Both the position numbers and the translations under genes were made by a program. Below are positions 17,336 through 27,000 of a stretch of 64,000 bases of DNA, one piece after another (positions within the stretch are counted from its first letter, which is position 1; each line of letters starts with the position of its first letter). The stretch is from Barthelona sp. PCE (Eukaryota). The DNA lies in assembly GCA_040285745.1 (NCBI GenBank), contig JAUFOR010000008.1, forward strand, positions 1,178,001 to 1,242,000, given 5' to 3'. The notes below the pieces were generated by a model. It saw nothing but the letters and a program-made list of their open reading frames with translations. It was not told the DNA's origin and ran no database searches.

Positions 17336-19972
17336 ATGGGCAAAAAGTCAAAGATTGGCAAGCACCGTCTGGATAAGTACTACTTCATGGCCAAAGAACA
17401 GGGCTATAGAAGTCGTGCAGCTTTTAAGCTTTTGCAACTCAATAACAAGTACAATTTCCTTCAGAACTCCAGAGTCATTGTGGATCTATGTGCAGCTCCC
17501 GGTGGTTGGTCGCAAGTAGCTGCACAGTTCGCAGCAAAACCTTCCATGGTTGTTGCAGTCGATCTTGATAAGATTCAACCTATCAAGGGTGTTATTAGCA
17601 TGCAGCAGGATATCACAACCGAGGCCTGTCGTCGTGAGTTGAAGACAGTACTAAAAGGCGCACCAGTTGATGTTGTTCTTAACGATGGTGCACCTAACGT
17701 TGGTGCTTCATGGGAGAAGGATGCTATCATCCAGGCAGAGCTGTGTCTCGAAGCCTGTCGTTTCGCCGCAGATACACTTCGTCCTGGAGGTTGTTTTGTA
17801 ACAAAGATTTTTAGATCTTCACATTACAACTCATTACTGTGGGTATTTAACGCTCTTTTCGACCGAGTATCCCCCACAAAGCCCCCATCTTCTCGTTCCG
17901 AGTCAGCAGAAATTTTTGTTGTTTGTGAGGGCTACAAAGCACCTGATTCCATTGATCCTCGTTTTTTCAACGCTGCTGATGTATTTAAGGATACGCAGAC
18001 CCCAGAGGAAGTGGAACAGAAGGCAGTTCAAGCTCTACAAACATTTATCCGTTCAGGTAAACGTTCAGATAAGGCCAACAGAAAAGGTTATCTTCGTAAT
18101 GATGCACTATCTTTATTTCAGGATATCCCCGCAATAGAGCTCATCATAGAGCCGAAGCCACTTCAAGTTCTAGTTAAAGCACGTTCACTGACATTTAAAG
18201 ATGATATTTCAAAGCATCTCTTGTCATACGATGTGACGACGGAGGAAGTATTGGAATGTTGTAAGGACATCAAGGTCCTGAATAGGAAGGACTTTAGGTC
18301 ACTCCTGAAATGGAGGAAACACCTCCTTGTCTATCACCGTAATGACATAATGGACGTTGTCTCAAAGATGGATGCTCCTGAAGAGGAAGAGAAGGAATTT
18401 GGAGCTCCAGTTAAGAAGGAGATTGCAGATGTGCACAGTGATGATGACTTTCCCGAAGAAGAAGAAGAAGAACGCCGCGTTTTTACTGAAGAAGAATTGC
18501 TCGAGAAGTTGCTCCGTAAGAGAAAGAAGAAGCGTGCTGAGCGCCTGGCCAAGGAAGCAATGCGTCAGAAGCTGGGCCAACATCACCACCATGACATGGC
18601 AGCCGATATTGCCGAAACGCAACAGCAGGAATTGTTCTCAACCCGAACTGGTGCTCTCAATATGCTTAAGCGTGAACTACAGAACGAGGAGGACGACATT
18701 GTCGTGAGCGATGAAGAGTACGGCATGGAAGCCGAAGATCTCGACTACGATGATGTTTATCTTCGCGAGTTGGAGGCGCAGCTTGATGCAGGACACCAAC
18801 ACTATCTCGCACGCAACGAGATCCGAATTCAGAAGCAGCGCAAGGCCGATGAGGAGATGCTCCGTGTTCCCGAGGGAGGCATGATCGTGTCCGATTATGA
18901 AGAAGAGAGCGAAGAAGAGGAAGAGTTTGACAACCCCATCGAGAAGGCTGAGGCTATTCCCATTGATGCGAATGATTTCTTCAACAGATCAATTTTCAAC
19001 GAGGCATTTAATGAGAACGAAGATATTGATGATGTGATGGAGAACGAGTTGATGGCTGAGAGTGATGATGATGAAGGCCTCATATTGCAACGGAAGCGTG
19101 GTGCTGCCGGAGCAATGTTACGCATTAAGAAAGGCACAGAAAGTGATGAAGACTGGACAGATGATGAGACGAACCCTGTTCCTGAGATGCCTATGAAGGC
19201 GCAAACCGTTGCTTCATCCAGTCTTATGCAGAGCAAAGCCAAGAGCTTTGTCGATGAGAAGATGTGGCAGCCTGACAAGGAAGCTATTAACGAAGCTGAG
19301 TTTGACAGTGATGAAGAGAGCGAGGAGGAAGAGCAAGAGGAGGAGTTTGATGATTCCGATTACGACTCGGATGCCATCGCTGAACGTCTTGCATTGGGCC
19401 AGCACCTCCTGAGAAAGAAGAGCCGTCGTGAGCTGGAAGATTCTATGTTTAACCGTTTCGTGAACGACGACGATCCAGCAGATCTCCCTGAGTGGTTTGT
19501 ACAGGATGAAGCAAAGGCTCACAAGCCTATTATGCCTGTTACGAAGGCCCAGGTCGATGAAATCAAGCAGTTGATGAAAACTGTTGATGCCAGACCTATC
19601 AAGAAGGTGTTGGAAGCTAAGCATCGTAAGAAGTTGAAGATGGAACGTAAGATTCATCGTGCCCAAAAGAGAGCTGAGGTCATTTCAGCGGCTCAGGATC
19701 TTTCACAAGGTGAGAAATTACGTCAAATCACTCGTTTATTCCGTAATATCAAGGGTGAGAAGAGGGAAACTGTTTATGTTCCAACTACCAAATCAGAAAC
19801 TGTCAAGGATGGTGGTCGTATTCGTTCTAAACCAGGAAAGAAGGTTAAATTCGTAGATGCTCGTATGAAGAATGATGTTCGTGCTGCTTCACGCGAAAAG
19901 ACACAGCGATACGGTATCAGGAAGCGTAAGGCCATGAAGTCTCGTAGGAAATATGCTAGAAGAAGAAGATAA
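17336..19972 (+). CDS. SPB1: rRNA 2'-O-methyltransferase Spb1/FTSJ3
   Basis: RLDKYYFMAKEQGYRSRAAFKL, DLCAAPGGW, DGAPNVG, and the Spb1 C-terminal LPEWFVQDE...ARPIKKVLEAK. Confidence 0.98.
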   Translation: MGKKSKIGKHRLDKYYFMAKEQGYRSRAAFKLLQLNNKYNFLQNSRVIVDLCAAPGGWSQVAAQFAAKPSMVVAVDLDKIQPIKGVISMQQDITTEACRRELKTVLKGAPVDVVLNDGAPNVGASWEKDAIIQAELCLEACRFAADTLRPGGCFVTKIFRSSHYNSLLWVFNALFDRVSPTKPPSSRSESAEIFVVCEGYKAPDSIDPRFFNAADVFKDTQTPEEVEQKAVQALQTFIRSGKRSDKANRKGYLRNDALSLFQDIPAIELIIEPKPLQVLVKARSLTFKDDISKHLLSYDVTTEEVLECCKDIKVLNRKDFRSLLKWRKHLLVYHRNDIMDVVSKMDAPEEEEKEFGAPVKKEIADVHSDDDFPEEEEEERRVFTEEELLEKLLRKRKKKRAERLAKEAMRQKLGQHHHHDMAADIAETQQQELFSTRTGALNMLKRELQNEEDDIVVSDEEYGMEAEDLDYDDVYLRELEAQLDAGHQHYLARNEIRIQKQRKADEEMLRVPEGGMIVSDYEEESEEEEEFDNPIEKAEAIPIDANDFFNRSIFNEAFNENEDIDDVMENELMAESDDDEGLILQRKRGAAGAMLRIKKGTESDEDWTDDETNPVPEMPMKAQTVASSSLMQSKAKSFVDEKMWQPDKEAINEAEFDSDEESEEEEQEEEFDDSDYDSDAIAERLALGQHLLRKKSRRELEDSMFNRFVNDDDPADLPEWFVQDEAKAHKPIMPVTKAQVDEIKQLMKTVDARPIKKVLEAKHRKKLKMERKIHRAQKRAEVISAAQDLSQGEKLRQITRLFRNIKGEKRETVYVPTTKSETVKDGGRIRSKPGKKVKFVDARMKNDVRAASREKTQRYGIRKRKAMKSRRKYARRRR

Positions 19973-20019
19973 CAACAATAAATACATTTTTTATTTTTTT
20001 TTTTTTATAGTGATAAAGC

Positions 20020-21291
20020 CTAACAGCTGTCAAAATCATGAATCAGCAAAGATAAACCAAATGCACCAAACATAACTTCCTTAAATTTGTCAAGCACAAC
20101 AGGATCCACTTCATCCTTATTCCACGAACACTCTGTAGATGTGTCAAAGATACCTGTTTCATCGTCAAAAACGGTGGTAAGCGTGAGCTCAACGGGTTTG
20201 TCTTCGACTGTGGTAACGATTGTGTCAGCAACAGTCCTGCGCGAGTTGGAGTAGTCAACAGACAGTTTTCTATCTAAAGTTACACCATCTCGCTCTCTGT
20301 TAATATTCTGTGTAACTGTTGCTGTGCCGGGCTCCCAATTTATACTATCTAAGTTGACAAACAAATTCAGAAACGCATCGCATCGTTCCCCTTCACTATC
20401 TGTGTCGGTTACATCCTCTTTGTCTTCATAGTGCTTCGGCCGGGGAGATGCTGCAATTTCCTCCTCAGTAGGCTTGTCATCAAGATACCAATCCTCCAAC
20501 TCTCGGTCAGCGTTATTCTCAATTACAGTTCCTACTCTTGGTGGTAATGAAGGACTAATAATAGTAAAAACCTCGTTCTCTGGTTTCTCCACGCGTTTTG
20601 CGCAGTCGTCGATATCACGCTCCATCAAGATTGTATCTTCATCAAGCTCAGGTGTTGAACATGGTTTGGCTTCTTCTGGTACCACCATTGGCACATTTTC
20701 AACACCAACAATCTCGCCTAGTTTGCGTTCGATGTCGTTTTCAAACTCTGGCATCTCAGGTTGAGGTAAATCACTGATTAGCTTCGTGGAATGTACCTTA
20801 ATATTATCTGCTGTGCGTGATGGTTTGAAGATTTTCTTCTTTGCCTTCTCCACCTTCTTCTTGATATTAATTGGTGGTGCTGTGGGGATGTCTGGGTATG
20901 GATTATACGATTCATGAACGTAATCATCAGGAGGATAAAAAGATGCGAAAGGATCAAAAGTTGGTTTACGTGTTCGTTGGCGCTTTCTAGCCATTCCTGC
21001 CTGGCTCTGTGCACGTTGTTGCCTCAGTTGCTCCAGTCTTTGAGCCTCAATCTTCCTTCTCTGAAGCTCCTTTTCATGCTGAATCTTACGACGTTCAGCT
21101 TCTGCTTCAATAGCCCTCTGTCTCTCCATTTCATAAGGATCATAGTACTGTTGGTCGTATTCAGGATAACCATAATAAGGATTGTGATCATATGGACTAT
21201 ATTGTCTGCGACTACGTGGTTGTTGCCTTCTTGAAGGCCTTCTTTGCTGTCTGCGGGGATTACTCCGCGGCATATAAGGGGGATAAAACAT
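20020..21291 (-). CDS. Hypothetical protein with a low-complexity R/Q/Y/P N-terminus, a coiled coil and a beta-rich C-terminal domain
   Basis: 423-aa ATG-initiated ORF. Call based on composition only. Confidence 0.7.
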   Translation of the reverse strand: MFYPPYMPRSNPRRQQRRPSRRQQPRSRRQYSPYDHNPYYGYPEYDQQYYDPYEMERQRAIEAEAERRKIQHEKELQRRKIEAQRLEQLRQQRAQSQAGMARKRQRTRKPTFDPFASFYPPDDYVHESYNPYPDIPTAPPINIKKKVEKAKKKIFKPSRTADNIKVHSTKLISDLPQPEMPEFENDIERKLGEIVGVENVPMVVPEEAKPCSTPELDEDTILMERDIDDCAKRVEKPENEVFTIISPSLPPRVGTVIENNADRELEDWYLDDKPTEEEIAASPRPKHYEDKEDVTDTDSEGERCDAFLNLFVNLDSINWEPGTATVTQNINRERDGVTLDRKLSVDYSNSRRTVADTIVTTVEDKPVELTLTTVFDDETGIFDTSTECSWNKDEVDPVVLDKFKEVMFGAFGLSLLIHDFDSC

Positions 21292-21590
21292 TTATACGGT
21301 TTGATAAGAGATGAATTTTGTAAAACAATTTTAAAGTGTGCTTATTCTTTTCTATCCCATTGTCAGACAGGTTTTAACCGTTTTGTGCCTGGTTAGCCAG
21401 GTAAAATAAGCAAGATAGAATAAACTATTATAGGCTCAAGGACCGAGGCTCAATAGGTTATAATATTTGAGTATCATGCAGGTTTTTAAGTGAAACGGGG
21501 AAACTCCGCACTATAACACGGTTCAAAACAGCGTTATTACAAACATTCCCTCTTTTTCGACATTTTTTAAGTGTCCGTATATTTTTGGTC

Positions 21591-22691
21591 ATGACGCTTT
21601 GCCGAGAATGCAAGGAACAGACAAAGGCACTTTTTGGATCTGAAAACATAATTGATGATGATATTTTTGAGCTTCTTGCTGTTTTAGAGGAAAGTAGCGA
21701 ATCTCAGGTGGAGCAGCTGCAACTATGTAATAATTGCATGGGCCTAATTCAGTCTGAGCTCACTAATAGCATTTCAGAGGTAAAAAATGAAATTGCAATG
21801 TATAACGATCGATCAAAGGCTCTAAACACCATGTTTGAGGAGTGCACCGAGTCCCTTTCTGACATGGAAAACGAGCTAAGCACCATGAAGGAGTCACAGT
21901 TCGAGAAAGAGTCGGAGTTTAACAGATTACGTCAACTTGAAGTCAATCACATTGTTCGTCATCAGAAGTTAAAGAAAGAAGCAGCAGCCTTGTTGGAACG
22001 TGAAGAAACGATGTGGAAGCAGTTTAGCGAGCTAGAAACAACTGGGTATCAATTGCAAGAGGACGTTTATGATATATCTCACCATAATCGTTTTTTGCAG
22101 GAGAAAATTGAGATATTAGGTTCCGTTGATGTGCTCCAAGATGCCTTTCACATTGATTTGATCGGTTATATTGGATCTATAAACGGCTTGCGACTTGGTC
22201 GACTAAGCAATGTTGATGTATCGTGGACAGAGTTGAATAGCGCATTTGGACAATGTGTTTTGTTACTATGGGCTGTTTCTGAATGTACACACTTTGTTTT
22301 TGCAAAATATCAATTGCATGTGTCAGGTAGTCGTAGTGGTATAGTTTTATCTGATTCTGGTAAACTTCTCCCTTTATTTTTAGCCAGTGAGGGGTTCATC
22401 AAGCCATTATTCTTCAAGAGGAACTTTTCTGATGCTATTGTTGGTTTAGCTGATTGTGTTAGACAACTGTGTGTTCATTTTTCAGAATATTATTTTCCTT
22501 CGCGACCAGAATCAGTTACTGATCCCATGCTTATAAACCCCCCTCATATCATCCTTAACGAGTACATAGATGGCCTCAGTCTGCGTTACACAAGTACCGC
22601 ATCCGAGGCATGGACGGGTGCACTGGCTAAATTATTAGAGAATATGGCATATCTTCAGAAAAGTTGTGTTATTTACAAACGACTCAAATGA
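21591..22691 (+). CDS. ATG6: Beclin-1/Atg6/Vps30
   Basis: CxxC, a coiled coil, then AFHI...GSINGLRLGRL...VSWTELNSAFGQCVLLL and a C-terminal WTGALAKLL (BARA domain). Confidence 0.93.
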   Translation: MTLCRECKEQTKALFGSENIIDDDIFELLAVLEESSESQVEQLQLCNNCMGLIQSELTNSISEVKNEIAMYNDRSKALNTMFEECTESLSDMENELSTMKESQFEKESEFNRLRQLEVNHIVRHQKLKKEAAALLEREETMWKQFSELETTGYQLQEDVYDISHHNRFLQEKIEILGSVDVLQDAFHIDLIGYIGSINGLRLGRLSNVDVSWTELNSAFGQCVLLLWAVSECTHFVFAKYQLHVSGSRSGIVLSDSGKLLPLFLASEGFIKPLFFKRNFSDAIVGLADCVRQLCVHFSEYYFPSRPESVTDPMLINPPHIILNEYIDGLSLRYTSTASEAWTGALAKLLENMAYLQKSCVIYKRLK

Positions 22692-23854
22692 TACATTGCC
22701 AAATGATCAAAAGCACTCATACCCATTGAAAAATCATTAAAATACTCTAGAGCACCTAATGTTAAGTAAGAAACTATTCCTATCATCAAATACCCTATTG
22801 TAACTGAAACCATTGCACTTACAAAATCATATTTCAATGGTTCTATACCACCATTGGCATCATCAATCATTTCAATTGTGTCACCTTCAGAAAAATGTTC
22901 ATAATACATGCCCAATTGAGAACTACTGTCAAAGGGTCCATAAGAATATATATATGTTACATTTTCGTAACTTAAAAAACCTACATCTATTGTTAAATTA
23001 TTGATATGCATTGTTGTGAACCTGACCTCATAATCGTTATTGTGTCTGTGATGTCTGTAATGTACAGTGTGTAAGAAGTTTGCCATACCATGCGTTGTTG
23101 CATACAATACAACTAATATCATTGCAATAATAAAAAATGAAGATAAATACATTGATGCAACATTTGTTTTTGCTAAAAATGATTTTGCAGCTTTAACTTC
23201 TTTAACATGAGCTGATTTAACTCTATCTTTCCTCTTATTACGATCTACTTTGAGGAATTGATTAATGAAATCCTCCTGAAACTTACGCTTGTTCTTGTTG
23301 CATCCATTAAAATTGGAGTCCCAAACATCTGAATCACTCAGTTCACTAGTCACGACGTCAAGATCACTTATTGGAGGTGGATTTTTCGGTGACGGTAACG
23401 AATCTTGAGACAGTGAAGGTAGAAATCCACCACTTGATGCCATTGTCATTACCATAGAAGCGGATGCAATCTGTTTAAGCTTTCTTTTGTAACTTTTCTT
23501 CGAAAACTCTGATCTATCTGTACAATCTGTTTGAAGAATATCAAGAGACTCAGTATCTGAAAAATTAACTTCTTTAATAGTGCTTAAATCTATAGGCGGA
23601 GGAGTTAACACATGCGAGGGCCCACAATCTATGTCTGGATGCGAAAATGTTCCTGCAGATGTGGAAGCAGAAACAGATAGTGAAACATGTGATTCACTTG
23701 ACATGGTAGAATCTTCAAATGCCTCATAATGTTCTTCGAACGTAATACTCTCATCTGACATAATTTCAACATCTGAAATATCAAGCGAGTAGGCAGGAAG
23801 AGACTGAGCTTCTTCTATATCATCAAAAACATGCAAATTTCCTTTCTTGCTCAT
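22673..23854 (-). CDS. Hypothetical membrane protein with a Ser/acidic N-terminus and two predicted TM helices
   Basis: Hydrophobic segments MYLSSFFIIAMILVVLYA and AMVSVTIGYLMIGIVSYLTLGAL. Confidence 0.7.
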   Translation of the reverse strand: MSKKGNLHVFDDIEEAQSLPAYSLDISDVEIMSDESITFEEHYEAFEDSTMSSESHVSLSVSASTSAGTFSHPDIDCGPSHVLTPPPIDLSTIKEVNFSDTESLDILQTDCTDRSEFSKKSYKRKLKQIASASMVMTMASSGGFLPSLSQDSLPSPKNPPPISDLDVVTSELSDSDVWDSNFNGCNKNKRKFQEDFINQFLKVDRNKRKDRVKSAHVKEVKAAKSFLAKTNVASMYLSSFFIIAMILVVLYATTHGMANFLHTVHYRHHRHNNDYEVRFTTMHINNLTIDVGFLSYENVTYIYSYGPFDSSSQLGMYYEHFSEGDTIEMIDDANGGIEPLKYDFVSAMVSVTIGYLMIGIVSYLTLGALEYFNDFSMGMSAFDHLAMYHLSRL

Positions 23855-24059
23855 GTACCGCGAGTGTGAACGCTCATATACGCAACTATACCTCAAAAAA
23901 AGGGAAGAAAATTGGTTTACCAGAAAGAACGAAATATCTCACTGTGATATAACACTTTCATCTGGATTTTCGCATGTAAAGAACTCTAAAGCACACATTA
24001 GTTGGTAATTTTGGAGTAAACCGTTTTGAGAAGTTTTCAATTTATTTGTAAAGCACCAA

Positions 24060-27000
24060 CTATGGACTTTTCATCATTTCAGGTAGAGTAACCTCGTCGT
24101 TATGAATCGAAGGTGATGTATCTGGGCGATTTGCGTCTTGATTATCAATCTTATCAATTCTAGAATGGCGTCTCCGCATAAAAAGTGTAAAACCAACAAC
24201 AAGAACTACAATAAGGAGGAACAAGCCCAAACCAACATATTTCTCGAAGAAACTCTCCTTAGTAATCATAAGACGAACAACATTAATATCAACTGTACCC
24301 GCAGCCGATGATGCAGAACCATCACTTGCAGTGAAGACGATAGTTTGTAACCATGTATCGACTTCGTATGCACCCGAGTCCAATGCCTCATAAACAATAT
24401 TGGGGCTGGACAACTCAACTGGGTAAGAACGAATCTCTTCACCAATGACAAAATCTACGCTCATGTGATAGACACGACCAGTGTTTGGCCCTCTCTCGAG
24501 TACATATACCAGCGGATCGTTGTCAACATCAGTGGCATTAAGAGTGATACGTGTGCTACTCTTCACTGATACCAACGCCTCACCGTCATGCGCGACAGGT
24601 GCGTCATTGAGAGGAAGGATAGTAAACTTGAAGGAGATGGTCTCAGTTGACTGGTTCTCCTCGTGTATAATAAAGTCCATCGAGTCAATCTCAAAACCAT
24701 GTACATCTTTCGGCGCAAGGTACTTGATCTTACTTGATGGGTCCGAAATAATGTATGGGGCTGACTGAACCTCGTCCATCGCAGTGGTGTAAACCGTTCC
24801 CATGGGTAAACGCGTGATGGTCACCGATGGAGCTGTGTATTGTGTTTGAGCAAGAGCACGAACAAGCTGCAACTCACTTAACTTATCCTCCTCAAAGGTG
24901 GCAGATCGTTCAAAAACGAATTGGACGCCGATCTCGCACTCTGGATGGCACACGGTTGCCCCACTTCCCTTCAGAGGAACAATGGAATCAACATCACTGT
25001 CAATTGGTCTCATCAAGTATACAAGACCTTCGTCGAGTGTGACATCACGATCATGGCCGATCTTGCTCACACGAGGTGAAAGCTGCTTCTGCCACACACG
25101 AAATTCATAAATGTGACCATGCAGCGACATGACCCGTTGAGAAGAAGAGTCCAGCGTTGAGCCTATCATAAGAGATGTTAGAGGCAGTTTCACAGCAAAG
25201 GGTGCTTCGATGACCGGGTCACCGTCGACAAGAACTTGTGCCTTACCGTCAGCAACAACGAGACTGATCCAAACTGCCTCATCAAAATCAATAACGGACT
25301 CAGATAGCTCAACAACACACCCATCTTCCATATCATAGAAGGCTAAACCGACCCTTCCATCGCTAGTACCCTCGGAATTGACAAATACAGTGAATCCGTT
25401 CGTCGTTGATGCCAACTTACAGAATTTACCATAACTGAACAGCGCCATCGTACCATGCTTATCGTCCACGGACACTTTCAACGAGATTGTGTACGCTTCT
25501 GACCCAGGAGTTATTGGAACTGTGTGATAATGGTTGCTGTCACAACGTAGTGTGTACTCAACTGGTGGGGGGAGAATGGGCTCGATATCAACGATAACTG
25601 ATGCCTTAGTAACACATACGGGCGCATCAGCAAGCGCAATGAAAGCTGGCGAAGCGGTGGGGCCAACAACAGCGGTGTAGCCGTCACCAACCCTGATAAG
25701 ATCGTACGCTTCACACCCGACAATGAGGTATTTGTACTCCTCACTTGCAGTGATGGACAACACCGTATCACGGAACGTTGATACGGTGGTATCACTGATA
25801 GACTCGATCATTCCTGCCTTTATCTCAACACTTCCATCAAACACGCCACCGTGAGACACTGAGACTGTATGTACTCCCGAATGAGCAAAAACGACGGCAC
25901 ACTTGATGGTGTAGCAGTCGATGTACTCGGCCGTGGAATAAGAGCTGTTCATAGAGCATCTGTATGCGCGATCTACTGAAAATCCAGTGGTAGATTTAAT
26001 CGCAACAACTATGGTGCCAAGCGTGGTCATGGTCGGAGATGCAGTGAGCTCAGTTTCTCCGCTTGATGCTGCAACCACATTGATGGGTAGAGCAACCTGC
26101 AAAGACTCGTTGCGACCATCCGTCACGATAACGTCAACAACACCCACCATTTCACCGCACGAGACGGTTTCATGGATACATAGACTGAACGAGAGGAAAT
26201 CGGTGATATCAAGAGTGCCAATACTGGGTTTAGCTGAGAAGATACCCACCCTGTCGCCGTCACCATCAGTAGCATCGACTGTCACATCGACACACTCACC
26301 AATGGTTGCGATTATTGTCGTCGGATTGATAACAGGTGGCATGTTACGAATGGCAATGACGGTGGCTGCATCTTCACTGTGCTCATTGTTCACAACAATG
26401 CGGTACTTGAACTCTGTGTCTGTGTCTTCAGTTCCGCTGGGTGAGCGGTATAACACGCAACAGCCTGGAAGTGTTACGGGAACAGCGTTGATGGGATTCC
26501 CATCATCAACAAGACTTCCGACCTCTGGGAGCGAGAGAATAACAAGACGACCATCCTGTGAGACGCACTCGTCGTGGCAAATAGTTGTATTGGTGTTTTT
26601 CTGCACGGTGACAGACGTATCAGATGAAGTCGGCTTAAATTCCGCAAGGAATACAAGCTTTGTGTACTCAAACACATCGCATCCATCGAAAGAAACCGTA
26701 AACGGATGATAACCCATGTCAAGAGGGGGAGAAACGAAAGCTAACTCGCTTGATGAATGAACAACTCCATCAACCGAAACATCCCCAATCTTAATGCAAG
26801 GTGTATCCTCGGGATACCCTGTTCCGCGAACGGTCACAGATGTGCCACCAACGGTAAGACCCTCAGCAGGTATCATCTGCTCACTGCGGAAAATACTGAA
26901 CGCGCCAGGAACACCGTACGAAATACTCTCCTCACCGTCAGAAACTTCGACACTGATGTAGTATGTGCCCGGGACAACCCCCTCGGGTGATGCACATGAT

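Noticed and set aside
14185-19972. Apparent clustering of 60S biogenesis genes (PES1 with SPB1; NOP4 with RPL39)
   Set aside because: Unrelated genes intervene, and such neighbours are expected by chance in a compact genome rich in housekeeping genes.
21388-21455. CCTGG-TTAG-CCAGG hairpin and an AGGCTCAA direct repeat
   Set aside because: Too short to distinguish from chance. No RNA family features.
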